Of a DNA stretch of 64,000 nucleotides, positions 1 to 10,192 are shown piece by piece. The stretch is from Nitrosopumilus sp. (GTDB lineage: Archaea > Thermoproteota > Nitrososphaeria > Nitrososphaerales > Nitrosopumilaceae). The stretch spans positions 1,760,001-1,824,000 of the forward strand of contig OZ252243.1 in the NCBI GenBank assembly GCA_965249555.1, read 5' to 3'. The translations under genes and the position numbers were made by a program. Each line of letters opens with the position of its first letter. The stretch's first letter is position 1. Below the pieces are notes generated by a model. That model made no database searches and was not told where the DNA came from. It saw only the letters and a list, made by a program, of their open reading frames with translations.

Positions 1-216
1 TTGAACGAAGTGAATATCTTCCTTCAAAACTGGGCATTTTACAAATTCCTGTTTCATTCTTTTGAGCATTTTTGGACTAACTCCTTTCAGTTTTAATTTT
101 CCTTTCTCGTCCATCATTCCTCCTGCTTTCATCTCGTCTTTGACTTTATCTGTGAGTTTGTGCCTTCCTTCTCTTTCTTTAATGTCAACTTCGTATTTGT
201 GTTCTAATTCGCCCAT
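1..216 (-). CDS. Hypothetical protein, 5' part (runs off the left edge)
   Basis: Manual translation from ATG at 216: MGELEHKYEVDIKEREGRHKLTDKVKDEMKAGGMMDEKGKLKLKGVSPKMLKRMKQEFVKCPVLKEDIHFVQ, open to position 1; divergent from serB. Confidence 0.7.
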   Translation of the reverse strand, partial: MGELEHKYEVDIKEREGRHKLTDKVKDEMKAGGMMDEKGKLKLKGVSPKMLKRMKQEFVKCPVLKEDIHFVQ

Positions 217-302
217 ATACTGTACAATAAAAATGGGTGATTTATTACTAGCGTCTTTTAGATCTAAAAAAAGTTTAAACTTTAATATAATTAGATTTTT
301 TT

Positions 303-962
303 TTGGAAATTAGAAACCAATTGCTAGTAATTTTTGATGTTGAAGGTGTTTTATATGATGAAGAATATCTCCCTATTCTTTCAGAAAAACTCGACAAAGA
401 AGATGAGATTTGGGAAATCACTAGACAAGGAATTCAAGGAAAAATCAACTGGGAAGAAGGGCTTAGAACCAGAGTTGCTGCTCTGAAAGGACTTGATGAA
501 AAAACTTGTCAAGAAGTAGCTGATTCATTACCAATCATGACTGGTGCAAAGGAAGCCTGTAGAGTCTTAAAAGCTGCTGGATGGAAACTCATGGCTGTAT
601 CTGGCGGATTTACTCTGATGATGGACAGATTACAAAAAGAATTGGACCTGGACTATGTCTATTCTAATGAATTGATATTCAAAGATGGCAAACTTGATGA
701 TGTAAAAATTAATGTTGATTCTGATAAATCAAAATCTGCAAAAATAAAAATTGCAGAATGGGGTGAGAAAAAAGAAGACATTGTTTGTGTAGTTGATGGT
801 GCAAATGATGTGAAATTATTTGATATTTGTGGGTTAAACATTGCTTATAGGGCGCAAGATATAGTCAAGGATTTAGCTAGTACTATCTTGGAAGAAAAAG
901 ACTTGTCAAAAATTTTGGATATTATTAACAAGCACTTCAAGTTGGAATTAGAAACTACATAA
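303..962 (+). CDS. serB: Phosphoserine phosphatase SerB-like HAD hydrolase
   Basis: HAD motif I (FDVEGVL), motif II (VSGGF), motif IV-like DGANDV; cap motif GKINWEEGLRTRVAALKGL typical of SerB. Confidence 0.85.
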   Translation: MEIRNQLLVIFDVEGVLYDEEYLPILSEKLDKEDEIWEITRQGIQGKINWEEGLRTRVAALKGLDEKTCQEVADSLPIMTGAKEACRVLKAAGWKLMAVSGGFTLMMDRLQKELDLDYVYSNELIFKDGKLDDVKINVDSDKSKSAKIKIAEWGEKKEDIVCVVDGANDVKLFDICGLNIAYRAQDIVKDLASTILEEKDLSKILDIINKHFKLELETT

Positions 963-995
963 CAATTTTTTAGTCCATTTCTTTAGTAATCTTGA

Positions 996-1721
996 TTGCA
1001 AATTATCCCACTTTACATTGAAAAAGAAATTGAACCCTTAGATGATATTCCTGAATTAATTTCAAATTCTTTTGAGATATGTGATGGGGATATTCTTGTT
1101 ATAGCACAAAAAATTGTCTCAAAACAGGAAGGACGAATTGTTGATTTGTCAACCATCGTTCCTTCATTATTATCCGAAGGTATTGCTTCTCAGTATCAAA
1201 AAGATCCTAGGATAATTGAATTAATCTTATCAGAAACAAAAAGAATTGTGAGAATGAAAAATGGAATTATCATTGTTGAGACTAATAGTGGAACTATCTG
1301 TGCAAATGCTGGGGTTGATGAAAGCAATGTCAAAGAAGGACATGCAACTTTACTTCCAATTAACTCTGATGCCTCTGCACAAACAATCCGTAATAAACTC
1401 CAGAAACAAACAAACAAGAATGTGGCAGTAATTATCTCTGATACATTTGGTCGTCCTTTTAGGATGGGTCAAACTAACTGTGCCATTGGAATTTCAGGAT
1501 TGAATCCTATCTTGAATTATGCTGGAACATTAGATTCTTTTCAAAAAATTTTACGCATAACTGAAATTGCAGTTGCAGATGAACTTTCTGCTGCTGCTGA
1601 ACTTGTCATGAGAAAAGCTTTGAAATGTCCTGTAGCAATTATCCGTGATTATTCATTTAAGATAGAAGATCATGTGATTGATGAATTAATTCGCCCAGAA
1701 AATGAAGATCTTTTTAAATGA
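996..1721 (+). CDS. cofE: Coenzyme F420-0:L-glutamate ligase
   Basis: Motifs QKIVSKQEGR, CANAGVDESN, ISDTFGRPFRMG, AVADELSAAAELVM. Confidence 0.92.
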   Translation: MQIIPLYIEKEIEPLDDIPELISNSFEICDGDILVIAQKIVSKQEGRIVDLSTIVPSLLSEGIASQYQKDPRIIELILSETKRIVRMKNGIIIVETNSGTICANAGVDESNVKEGHATLLPINSDASAQTIRNKLQKQTNKNVAVIISDTFGRPFRMGQTNCAIGISGLNPILNYAGTLDSFQKILRITEIAVADELSAAAELVMRKALKCPVAIIRDYSFKIEDHVIDELIRPENEDLFK

Positions 1722-1775
1722 ATTTCATTTTTTTCAATAGGATTATTATCTAATAAGGAGAAATTATTATGAAAA

Positions 1776-2690
1776 ATGTCAATAAAGACTGAATTACATT
1801 GCCATAATTCTTTTTCAAATTTTCATCTTGGTTACAAGGAACCGCCATATGATTGTGATATTTCAATCAGAGAACAACTAGAACAATCATATGAATTAGG
1901 GTTAGATGCAATTTTTGTTACAAACCATAACACTTTGGATGGATATGAGCAGTTACTGGAATACAAAAATGATCATGTCAAATTCAAAAACATTGATGTT
2001 TTTCCAGCTGAGGAGATCACAACTGATACTGGTGCACATGTTCTAGCATATGGAATTCATGACACAATTGCAGGAGGAATTTCTCTTGAAGATGTACTTG
2101 ATGAAGTGAGAAAGCAAGGTGGAGTGTCATCTGCCCCTCACCCATTTAGTCTGATTGATGCATTACGTGCGAGTGCCAAAAAATGTGACATGGTTGAGGT
2201 TTTCAATAGTAATAACGTTGATTTGGTGTCTAATGCACGTGCAGCTCAATTTGCATTGGATAATAATATGATTCAGGTGGCAGGTAGTGATTCACACGTC
2301 ATATCTACACTTGGCAGATGTGTTAATGTTATTGATTCTGAAAATAATCTTGATGATATTTTACATGCAATGAAACATGGGAGAATTAAAATTTCTCAAA
2401 CTGGTTATACGTCAAACAATGAAGTACTTGATCATCTTAGATATCAAATTAATACTTCAAGAGAATACATAGCAGAGTATGTTTCTGAATATTATCCACA
2501 TTCAAAATGGTTCTCTACATTATTGCTCAAAATTTTTGATTCAAATCAATATAGTCCTCTGTGGCCAATATGTTTCAAAATTATACTTTACTTCCTTAAA
2601 CGAATTTCACAAAAAATCAATTTCAAAAATATGGATCCAAGTTTAATGAAAGAAAGAAATCTTGCTACTATGTTTAAAATGGCATTGTAG
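1776..2690 (+). CDS. PHP-domain metal-dependent phosphoesterase
   Basis: ELHCH, VTNHN, EEIT, PHPF, EVFN and GSDSH motifs of the PHP family. Confidence 0.85.
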   Translation: MSIKTELHCHNSFSNFHLGYKEPPYDCDISIREQLEQSYELGLDAIFVTNHNTLDGYEQLLEYKNDHVKFKNIDVFPAEEITTDTGAHVLAYGIHDTIAGGISLEDVLDEVRKQGGVSSAPHPFSLIDALRASAKKCDMVEVFNSNNVDLVSNARAAQFALDNNMIQVAGSDSHVISTLGRCVNVIDSENNLDDILHAMKHGRIKISQTGYTSNNEVLDHLRYQINTSREYIAEYVSEYYPHSKWFSTLLLKIFDSNQYSPLWPICFKIILYFLKRISQKINFKNMDPSLMKERNLATMFKMAL

Positions 2691-2760
2691 ATGATAGTAG
2701 GGCAAGCTAAATTAAAATAGATTTTAATATGACAAAACACTCTTGATGAAACAGATATCA

Positions 2761-2997
2761 ATGTCTGAACCAACTGAAAAAAAATTAGATGCAACTGGAT
2801 TATTTTGTCCTGAACCTGTGTTTAGAACAAAAATTGAAATTGAAAGAATGCAAGTTGGTGAAACTCTAATTGTTTCTGCAGATGATCCAGCAGCAGAGGA
2901 CGATATTTCAAGATGGGTTACAAGAACTGGTCATGAATTAGTCAACATGTCTAAAGATGAAAGTGTAATCACATTTCAAATTAAAAAGGTGAAATAA
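2761..2997 (+). CDS. tusA: TusA/SirA-family sulfur carrier protein
   Basis: LDATGLFCPEP motif and ADDPAAEDDI; ATG at 2761 preferred over the upstream TTG at 2743. Confidence 0.88.
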   Translation: MSEPTEKKLDATGLFCPEPVFRTKIEIERMQVGETLIVSADDPAAEDDISRWVTRTGHELVNMSKDESVITFQIKKVK

Positions 2998-3005
2998 CCC
3001 AAATC

Positions 3006-3998
3006 ATGACTACTGTTACTGATACAGATGTGTTAAGCCGAGTGGGCAACACATCTCTTGTAAAATTGGATTCTCTTTCTCATGATGTCACCAAGTATTT
3101 TGCAAAGTTAGAAGGTAACAATCCATTTGGCTCTGTTAAAGATAGGGCTGCATATTGGATGATTAAAGATGGTGAAGAAAGAGGAATTTTAAAAAAAGGA
3201 AAGAGTATCATTATTGAACCTACTTCTGGAAACACTGGCATTGCATTAACTGGAATTGCTAACGTGTTGGGTTACAAAGTTGAGATAGTTATTCCTGAAA
3301 AAGCTAGCAATGAAACTAAGGAAATAATACGAAATCTTGGTGCCAAAGTATTTGAGACAAGTGATGATTTGTGTCCAAAAGTTGGTGCTGGAACTGATCA
3401 AAGTATTGCACTTGCTACATCTATTGCATCATCCAGACCTGATACATATTATTCTCCAAACCAATATGCTAACGAAGCAAATTTTCGAGGACATTATGAT
3501 GGAACAGGTCCTGAAATCTGGAAACAAACTGAAGGAAAAGTAACACATTTCTTTACTGGTGTTGGCACTGGTGGTACAATTACTGGAATTGGTGCTTTTC
3601 TTAAAGAACAAAATCCTGATGTGAAGATCATTGGATGTCAACCACAACAAAATCACCTGATTCAAGGATGGAGGAACTTTGAAGAATCTGCAAAGCCAGA
3701 TTTATTTTTGAAAAGAGAAAATGTTGTAGATGACTGGATTTCTGTAGATAATAATGAAGCATTTTCAGTGGTAAAAGAAGTCTTTGAAAAAGAAAAACTT
3801 CTAATCAGTCCTTCTTCTGCAGCAGTTTATGCATGTATGAAAAAATATTCTATTCAAGGAGATGCATGTGTAGTGGGAATTTTTGCTGATGATGGAAGAA
3901 AATTTAGGAGTGTTTATGCCACACAAAATGTTATGACTGGGCAAGAATTTGATAATGCTCTCAAAGAAGCAAAACACCTGTCTGAATTGGCATACTGA
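3006..3998 (+). CDS. cysM: Cysteine synthase family PLP enzyme
   Basis: AKLEGNNPFGSVKDRAA (PLP lysine), EPTSGNTG, GVGTGGT; directly downstream of tusA. Confidence 0.85.
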   Translation: MTTVTDTDVLSRVGNTSLVKLDSLSHDVTKYFAKLEGNNPFGSVKDRAAYWMIKDGEERGILKKGKSIIIEPTSGNTGIALTGIANVLGYKVEIVIPEKASNETKEIIRNLGAKVFETSDDLCPKVGAGTDQSIALATSIASSRPDTYYSPNQYANEANFRGHYDGTGPEIWKQTEGKVTHFFTGVGTGGTITGIGAFLKEQNPDVKIIGCQPQQNHLIQGWRNFEESAKPDLFLKRENVVDDWISVDNNEAFSVVKEVFEKEKLLISPSSAAVYACMKKYSIQGDACVVGIFADDGRKFRSVYATQNVMTGQEFDNALKEAKHLSELAY

Positions 3999-4004
3999 TT
4001 ATAG

Positions 4005-4478
4005 TTATTCTAGAACTTTCTTTAGATATTTTTCATAAAATTCTCTAAATGATGTGTTGATATCCATTTCATACCTGAGACATTTGTTACCATGTTCAGT
4101 AATTTGGTCTCTGATTTCTCTACTCCATTGACTCTGCTGTTTGTCTTTAGAGTCCACAATTGATGGGTTTTCTTTTATTTTTTCCATGATTTCTATTAAT
4201 GTCAATCCAAGTTGGTGAAATTTACTAGTACGTAATAGGAATATTTGAGATTCTTCCTTGTTAACTAAATTCATCAAAGAGTATGCCTGATTGTAATATT
4301 TCATGCCCATTTCGTTATATTTTTTGAAATCATCAATTCTTTTTTGCCAATATTCTTTGGAGGGCTTTTCTTCTATCTTGTAACTGAACTGAATTTCACT
4401 CAATTCCATTCCTAATTTTGCCAGTTTTCCACTATGTGCTTTAGCTGATTTTTTTAGATTTTCTTGGTCGTCACTCAT
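4005..4478 (-). CDS. Hypothetical helical protein
   Basis: 157-aa ORF with ATG start and normal composition; no recognised motif. Confidence 0.7.
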   Translation of the reverse strand: MSDDQENLKKSAKAHSGKLAKLGMELSEIQFSYKIEEKPSKEYWQKRIDDFKKYNEMGMKYYNQAYSLMNLVNKEESQIFLLRTSKFHQLGLTLIEIMEKIKENPSIVDSKDKQQSQWSREIRDQITEHGNKCLRYEMDINTSFREFYEKYLKKVLE

Positions 4479-4510
4479 AAAACTCAGTACCCTTGCTTAT
4501 TGTAAAGAGT

Positions 4511-4726
4511 TTAAATCTTTGATTTTTTCCAAGTATCCTCCGATTTTTTAGAATAAATCATCATACACTTCTCACAAAATGAATCCCATTCATCAATTCC
4601 TACTTTTTTAAAAAACTCTATTGTCCATTTGTATGTGGGTTTTTTTCTGTATTGAAATTGTTGAATAGTATAGATATCTTTCTCATGAAATTTATTCAAA
4701 CATTTTTTGCATTGTGTATTTTTCAT
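4511..4726 (-). CDS. Small CxxC...CxxC zinc-binding hypothetical protein
   Basis: CKKC and CEKC pairs; ATGA overlap with the trxB stop suggests an operon. Confidence 0.7.
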   Translation of the reverse strand: MKNTQCKKCLNKFHEKDIYTIQQFQYRKKPTYKWTIEFFKKVGIDEWDSFCEKCMMIYSKKSEDTWKKSKI

Positions 4727-5724
4727 TCTTGTTTGTCAGAACTTTCTGTAAGATACTTGTCAACATCAATTGCTGCCATACAACCATATCCTGCGGCAGT
4801 AACTGCTTGTCTGTAATTTTTATCATGCACATCTCCTGCAGCAAAAACCCCTTCAATGTTTGTGTGAGTTTTGTTCTTTAAAACTACGTATCCTTGATCA
4901 TCTAAATCGATCTGGTTTTCGAATAGTTTTGTATTAGGTACATGTCCAATTGCAACAAAAAGACCTCCTACATCAAGTGTTGTTTCTTCATTTGTTTTTA
5001 GATTTTTCAAAACTGCCTGTTGCATTTTTTGATCTCCTTTGATGTCAATAACTGCCGAATCCCAATGAAAATCAATTTTTTTATTGTTAAATGCTCTTTC
5101 TTGCATTACTTTGCTTGCACGTAATTCACTTCGTCTGTGAACCAAGTGAACCTTTGTAGCAAATTTTGTTAGAAATGTTGCTTCTTCTATTGCTGAATCT
5201 CCGCCACCTGATACAACTAGTTCTAGATTTCTAAAGAATGGACCATCACATGTGGCACAATATGAAACCCCTTTTCCAGCAAATGTCTGTTCTCCCTCTA
5301 GTCCGAGTTTTCTTGGGTTTGCACCTGTTGCAATAATTACTGCGCGTCCTTCGTATTCCTCGGTTCCAGTAAGAACTTTGAAAGGTTTACGTCTAAAATC
5401 AATATCAACTACTTCGTCATCTACAATTGTTGTTCCCATTCTTTGACACTGTTTTCTCATATCAATCATCAAATCTGGACCCATAATCCCGTTTTCAAAT
5501 CCTGGATAGTTTTCAACTTCTGTAGTGTTTACTAGTTGTCCCCCTGGTAGTATTCCTGATAGAATCAAAGTATCATAACCTGCTCTAGAACAATAAATTC
5601 CTGCAGTATATCCTGAAGGGCCTGCTCCTATGATAACGACATCAAACTTTGTTTTCTTGTCTGGGATTTTTGGACCCTCATCTTTTGTTTCAAGTACTGA
5701 TGCACTATCATCTGCTGCCATCAT
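4723..5724 (-). CDS. trxB: Thioredoxin reductase
   Basis: GAGPSG FAD motif, CATCDG redox centre, GGGDSA NADPH motif, FAAGDV. Confidence 0.96.
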   Translation of the reverse strand: MMAADDSASVLETKDEGPKIPDKKTKFDVVIIGAGPSGYTAGIYCSRAGYDTLILSGILPGGQLVNTTEVENYPGFENGIMGPDLMIDMRKQCQRMGTTIVDDEVVDIDFRRKPFKVLTGTEEYEGRAVIIATGANPRKLGLEGEQTFAGKGVSYCATCDGPFFRNLELVVSGGGDSAIEEATFLTKFATKVHLVHRRSELRASKVMQERAFNNKKIDFHWDSAVIDIKGDQKMQQAVLKNLKTNEETTLDVGGLFVAIGHVPNTKLFENQIDLDDQGYVVLKNKTHTNIEGVFAAGDVHDKNYRQAVTAAGYGCMAAIDVDKYLTESSDKQE

Positions 5725-5779
5725 GATAATTCCTCTTTCTATACATCAATAATTTAAGTGAATGTCCTTTTTGGATTAT

Positions 5780-6550
5780 TCAGATTTTATTTAATCCAGA
5801 TATAATTTTTTGATGTTTTTCGCAAAATTTTCTGTTTTCTAATTGTGAGAAAAATAGTTCACTTTGCCAGTGGGCATTAAATAACCTGCAATCTTTATGC
5901 TCACAAAATGCTTCCCCTGTTTCATAATAAATTATAGCTTGTAACAGATACCCTTCTACAATTCCTGATATCCGTAAATCATGATATTCTAAAAATTTTC
6001 CTTTGTATTTTTTCTTGATTTCTTCAATTATATTCTCAGAAAAATTTGTCATTAGATCTAGATAGTACTGTTTTGGTTTTGCTGGTGCTTCTATCATTCC
6101 TGTTGTTGAAATTATTGTAGGATTGGATCCAATTATAGCTCTTGCATGATATCTATAATCATTTTCATCAAATGTACATGTGAGTTTATTTGTAAAAATG
6201 ATGTGTAATGTGTCTATATTATTTTCATTTATTGGAATTAATTCCTTAACTACATTATGAAATTCAAATCCGTCATATAGTGTCATTTCTTCTCTCTCAG
6301 ACATGTCTTTATTTTCTTTCTCTATCTGTATGTCTTCTTCTGAAGGATCATGTTTTTCAAATGGTTTTTTTAAATCAAAAACTCTACAACTAGCAATTTT
6401 TTCAGACATGTCTTTGTTTATGCATTGAAATATACTCTCTCTTATCTCAATCTCAATTGAAAATATTTCTCTAAGAAATTTTTTTAATCTTTCTAATTGG
6501 ATTTCAGGAACTGCAGGCTCATTATATAGAATTATTTTACGAGTTTTCAC
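5780..6550 (-). CDS. Conserved archaeal protein, putative zinc metallopeptidase-like
   Basis: RYHARA and C-terminal FCEHKDCRLFNAHWQ...FCEKH Cys/His cluster resembling archaemetzincin-like proteins. Confidence 0.6.
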   Translation of the reverse strand: MKTRKIILYNEPAVPEIQLERLKKFLREIFSIEIEIRESIFQCINKDMSEKIASCRVFDLKKPFEKHDPSEEDIQIEKENKDMSEREEMTLYDGFEFHNVVKELIPINENNIDTLHIIFTNKLTCTFDENDYRYHARAIIGSNPTIISTTGMIEAPAKPKQYYLDLMTNFSENIIEEIKKKYKGKFLEYHDLRISGIVEGYLLQAIIYYETGEAFCEHKDCRLFNAHWQSELFFSQLENRKFCEKHQKIISGLNKI

Positions 6551-6573
6551 TATGATTCTTTTGTTATAATCGC

Positions 6574-7392
6574 TTATCTTTCCAACTCTTTGATTTTTGC
6601 GGCTGTAATTTCTGCTGCTCTTTTTCCAGAATATAACATTGAACCAAATGTTGGTCCCATTCTTGCTAATCCATGAGTTTCAGTAACTGACATACCTGCT
6701 GCAATTAGTCCTGGATACACTTCTCCTGTTTTGTGAACTACATGTTCTTCTCCATCATTGACACACATTGGTTCCATTCCTTTCCATTTTGCTAGTCCTC
6801 TGTCTACTAGTCTTTTTACTGCTACAGAATCATGACCTGATGCATCGATGATTACTTTGGCTTCTAAAGCAATTGGATCAACACATGTGATATTACGTGG
6901 TAGTGCTGAGACTGGCATCCAATTAACTACAATTCCTGCTACTCTCCCATTCTTCAATACTAAATCGTCAAACTTGGTAAGTTGCAGAAATTTCACTCCT
7001 GCATCACATGCAGCTGCAATTAACTTTGATACAGCATGTGGACCTGGTGTAAGGTATAATCCCTCTGCAACTTTTTTGTATGGAACTCCTAATTCATCCC
7101 AAATTTCTTGTGCAGGTTCTCTAACTGTGACAGGATTCATCATATATCCTCCTAACCAATAACCTCCTCCAAGGTAGTTGTTCTGTTCAATAACTAAAAC
7201 TTTGTAACCCATGTTTGAAAGTTCTCTGCTTGCTGTTAATCCTGCAGGTCCAGCACCAATAATGATGACATCTGATTCAGCCCTGTCGATTAAAACATCA
7301 TGAAATTCATTTGCAATTGCACGTGTAATTTCAACTTCACGTACATCAGTAAATATCTTAGAAGATTGTTCTGCAACTGTTGCTTCTTGCAT
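6574..7392 (-). CDS. thi4: Thiamine thiazole synthase Thi4
   Basis: GAGPAG, GGGYWLGG, TCVDP, DASGHD, RMGPTFGSMLYSG motifs; ATG at 7392 likely, 7404 possible. Confidence 0.93.
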   Translation of the reverse strand: MQEATVAEQSSKIFTDVREVEITRAIANEFHDVLIDRAESDVIIIGAGPAGLTASRELSNMGYKVLVIEQNNYLGGGYWLGGYMMNPVTVREPAQEIWDELGVPYKKVAEGLYLTPGPHAVSKLIAAACDAGVKFLQLTKFDDLVLKNGRVAGIVVNWMPVSALPRNITCVDPIALEAKVIIDASGHDSVAVKRLVDRGLAKWKGMEPMCVNDGEEHVVHKTGEVYPGLIAAGMSVTETHGLARMGPTFGSMLYSGKRAAEITAAKIKELER

Positions 7393-7589
7393 GTGGATTT
7401 TCATTCTATGAACCCATTAATACTTTCTCACAATTTTTTTCAAAAATTAGGTGGCACTAATGATTCCTATCTAATTGAGATTGACCAAAAAGTGAAAAAC
7501 AGGAAAATTATGTACTTTGCTGAAAATTTTTCTCCTAAAACCTCCATATATCATAAATTTATAACTAAATTCAAAGGAATTTTCTTGTA

Positions 7590-9398
7590 ATGACTATATC
7601 TAATCTAAAACAATCTAGACCTGATTCTGCAAAACCCAAAATTGATTGGGCTAGAGTAGAAGAGGCAGATAATTTTGCAAAGACCGTAAAGCTATTCCGT
7701 CAAGGAAGATATGATGCAGATAGTTTTAGACGATTTAGACTTCAACATGGGGCATATGGTACTCGAATGACTGGTGATTATGCCATGGTCAGAATCAAAA
7801 TCCCTGCAGGTGAAATTTATCCACATCAACTTGAAAAAATATCTCAACTAAGTGAGCAGTTTTCAATAGGTAGTGCACACTTTTCAACAAGAGAAAACAT
7901 TCAACTGCACTGGGTCGTCCTTGAAGATGTTTCAGAAATATTTAGAGGTCTTACTGAAGTTGGTCTTACATCAAGAGAAGCATGTGGCAATACAGTCAGA
8001 AATGTTATGTGTAGTCCTTTGTCGGGTGTTTGTCCTGATGAAGAATTTGATTCAACTCCATATGCCCTTGCAACAGCAAGATTCTTTTTGAGAAATCCAA
8101 TGGCTCAAAACCTTCCACGAAAATTCAAATTCAATTTCACTTGTTGTGAGAAACATGGAATGGTAAGAATGGTCGATGTTGGACTAATCCCTCAGATTCG
8201 AGAAATTGACGGAACTTCTCAAAGAGGTTTTAAAATCTTCCTTGGAGGTGGATTGGGAAATAAATCATTTGTTGGACATCAATTAGAAGAATTTACTCCT
8301 GAAGAAGATTTGGTGTATACTTCAATGGCTGTATTGAGAATCTTTGATAGACTTGGTGATAGAAAAAACATGGCACGAAATAGAATGCGTTATCTTGTAA
8401 ATGATATGGGATGGGAAAAATTCCAAAATCTGGTTCTAAAAGAAAGAGCAATTGTAAGGGCTACTCAATCAGTAATTACTCAATTAGAAGTTGATCATAC
8501 TCCAAATGAAATCAAACGACCAATTAGAATTAGTGATGAAAGTGGTGAAGCGGCACCTGAAGGTTATGCAAGATGGCTCAAAACAAATACTGTTAAACAA
8601 AAACAATCTGGCTATAGTTCTATCTTTATCACTCTTGAGGCCGGAGATATTACTGCAAGTCAACTTGATGCATTGGCCGACCTCATTCGTGATTTCTCTT
8701 CTGAAGGTAAAGCGAGATTTGGTTTTGTGCAAAATGTAGCATTACGTTATGTCCATGAAGATGATTTACCACGTTTATATTCCAAACTTCTAGAGGTGGG
8801 ATTGGCAAAATCTGGTGCATTAACTATGACTGCTCCCATTGGTTGTTCAGGAACAACTTCTTGTAATCTTGCATTAACAAATTCACATAGACTGGCAAAA
8901 GAAATTCAAAGAAAACTCCTTGCGCTAAAATTTGATGAAGATGATGATCTGAGTGATTCTTCTATTAAGATAAGTGGCTGTCCAAATTCCTGTGGTCAAC
9001 ATGGAATTGCAACTATTGGTTTCTTTGGAGGTGGAGGACGTGTTGGAAAAGATATGTATGCAAATTATCAGATGTCTTTAGGTGGACGATCTGATGGCGA
9101 TACAATGTTGGGTCAAACCTGTCTCAGGGTTCCTGCAAAAAGAGTAATTCCTGTAATTCTAAAAATCATTGAACTATTCAAACAAAATAAGAAATCTGAT
9201 GATAATCTGCAATCTTGGATTCATAGAGTTGTAAATAACAATGAAGACTCTGAGATAAAATCAATTAATGATATCAAAAAAGTTTTAGAACCACTAGTAG
9301 TTCCTCCAACAAAAGAAGAGGATCCTGACTTTTACCTTGATTATGGTGATGATACTAGTTATCACACAAAAACTGGAAAGGGTGAATGTGCTGCTTGA
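7590..9398 (+). CDS. sir: Ferredoxin-dependent sulfite/nitrite reductase (siroheme, 4Fe-4S)
   Basis: STRENIQLH, CGNTVRN, LPRKFK and cluster ligands CSGTTSC / GCPNSCG; the sulfur-gene context favours sulfite reductase. Confidence 0.88.
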   Translation: MTISNLKQSRPDSAKPKIDWARVEEADNFAKTVKLFRQGRYDADSFRRFRLQHGAYGTRMTGDYAMVRIKIPAGEIYPHQLEKISQLSEQFSIGSAHFSTRENIQLHWVVLEDVSEIFRGLTEVGLTSREACGNTVRNVMCSPLSGVCPDEEFDSTPYALATARFFLRNPMAQNLPRKFKFNFTCCEKHGMVRMVDVGLIPQIREIDGTSQRGFKIFLGGGLGNKSFVGHQLEEFTPEEDLVYTSMAVLRIFDRLGDRKNMARNRMRYLVNDMGWEKFQNLVLKERAIVRATQSVITQLEVDHTPNEIKRPIRISDESGEAAPEGYARWLKTNTVKQKQSGYSSIFITLEAGDITASQLDALADLIRDFSSEGKARFGFVQNVALRYVHEDDLPRLYSKLLEVGLAKSGALTMTAPIGCSGTTSCNLALTNSHRLAKEIQRKLLALKFDEDDDLSDSSIKISGCPNSCGQHGIATIGFFGGGGRVGKDMYANYQMSLGGRSDGDTMLGQTCLRVPAKRVIPVILKIIELFKQNKKSDDNLQSWIHRVVNNNEDSEIKSINDIKKVLEPLVVPPTKEEDPDFYLDYGDDTSYHTKTGKGECAA

Positions 9399-10192
9399 CA
9401 GATTCTGGTAAAATAACAACAGATGTTGACTCTTTACGATCAGAAATAAGAGACAAAAGCATTCGAGTAATTGATGTTAGACGAGAAGATGATTACAAAC
9501 AAGACCATATTCCTACTGCTGTAAATTTACCTCTGGCAAATCTTTTGTCTGATGATAGTCCTGAACGCATTTTGAAACTCATAAACACTATGGGAATTGA
9601 TAATGAGACACCTGTTGTTGTTTATGATGACACTTTTGGTGCTTTGGCATCAAGAGTGGCGTGGACTTTGGAATACATTGGGCATTCAGATGTAACTTTA
9701 CTTGAAACTACTTATGATCATTGGAAATCCCTTGGATTGGAAAGTGATTCTAATATTCCTGACATACAAAGCAAGGAACACTCTATGAATCTGCAACCAA
9801 ATATTTTGGCAACCTCTGACTATTTGGAAAGTGCAAAAGATAGGGATGATGTAATCTTGATTGATAATAGGGAGCGCTTGAATTATCTTGAACAACATAT
9901 TCCGGGAGCAATTAGTCTGCCTTACAGGACACTTGCCAGTAATGATAAAATTTTACGCCCAAAAGAGGACATGAAACGATTACTTGAAAATCGAGGAGTT
10001 ACTGGAAATTCAGAAATCATTACTTATTGTGGTAGTGTGGGCACTCTTTCTGGATTGGCATACTATGCACTAAAATCTGTAGACATGCCTAATGCAAAAT
10101 TATATGTTCGTTCTTTTAAGGAATGGAAAAATCTTCAAAAACCTACAGTAAAGCAAGAAGATGCTACCTATTGGGATTTATCTGCAGAATAA
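9386..10192 (+). CDS. Double-domain rhodanese / thiosulfate sulfurtransferase
   Basis: Two rhodanese domains (HIPTA, HIPGA), active-site YCGSVG, LYVRSFKEW; start may be TTG at 9395. Confidence 0.88.
   Translation: MCCLTDSGKITTDVDSLRSEIRDKSIRVIDVRREDDYKQDHIPTAVNLPLANLLSDDSPERILKLINTMGIDNETPVVVYDDTFGALASRVAWTLEYIGHSDVTLLETTYDHWKSLGLESDSNIPDIQSKEHSMNLQPNILATSDYLESAKDRDDVILIDNRERLNYLEQHIPGAISLPYRTLASNDKILRPKEDMKRLLENRGVTGNSEIITYCGSVGTLSGLAYYALKSVDMPNAKLYVRSFKEWKNLQKPTVKQEDATYWDLSAE

Noticed and set aside
7405-7589. TPP riboswitch upstream of thi4
   Set aside because: The region is AT-rich with no recognisable TPP aptamer consensus; it is more likely a divergent promoter region.
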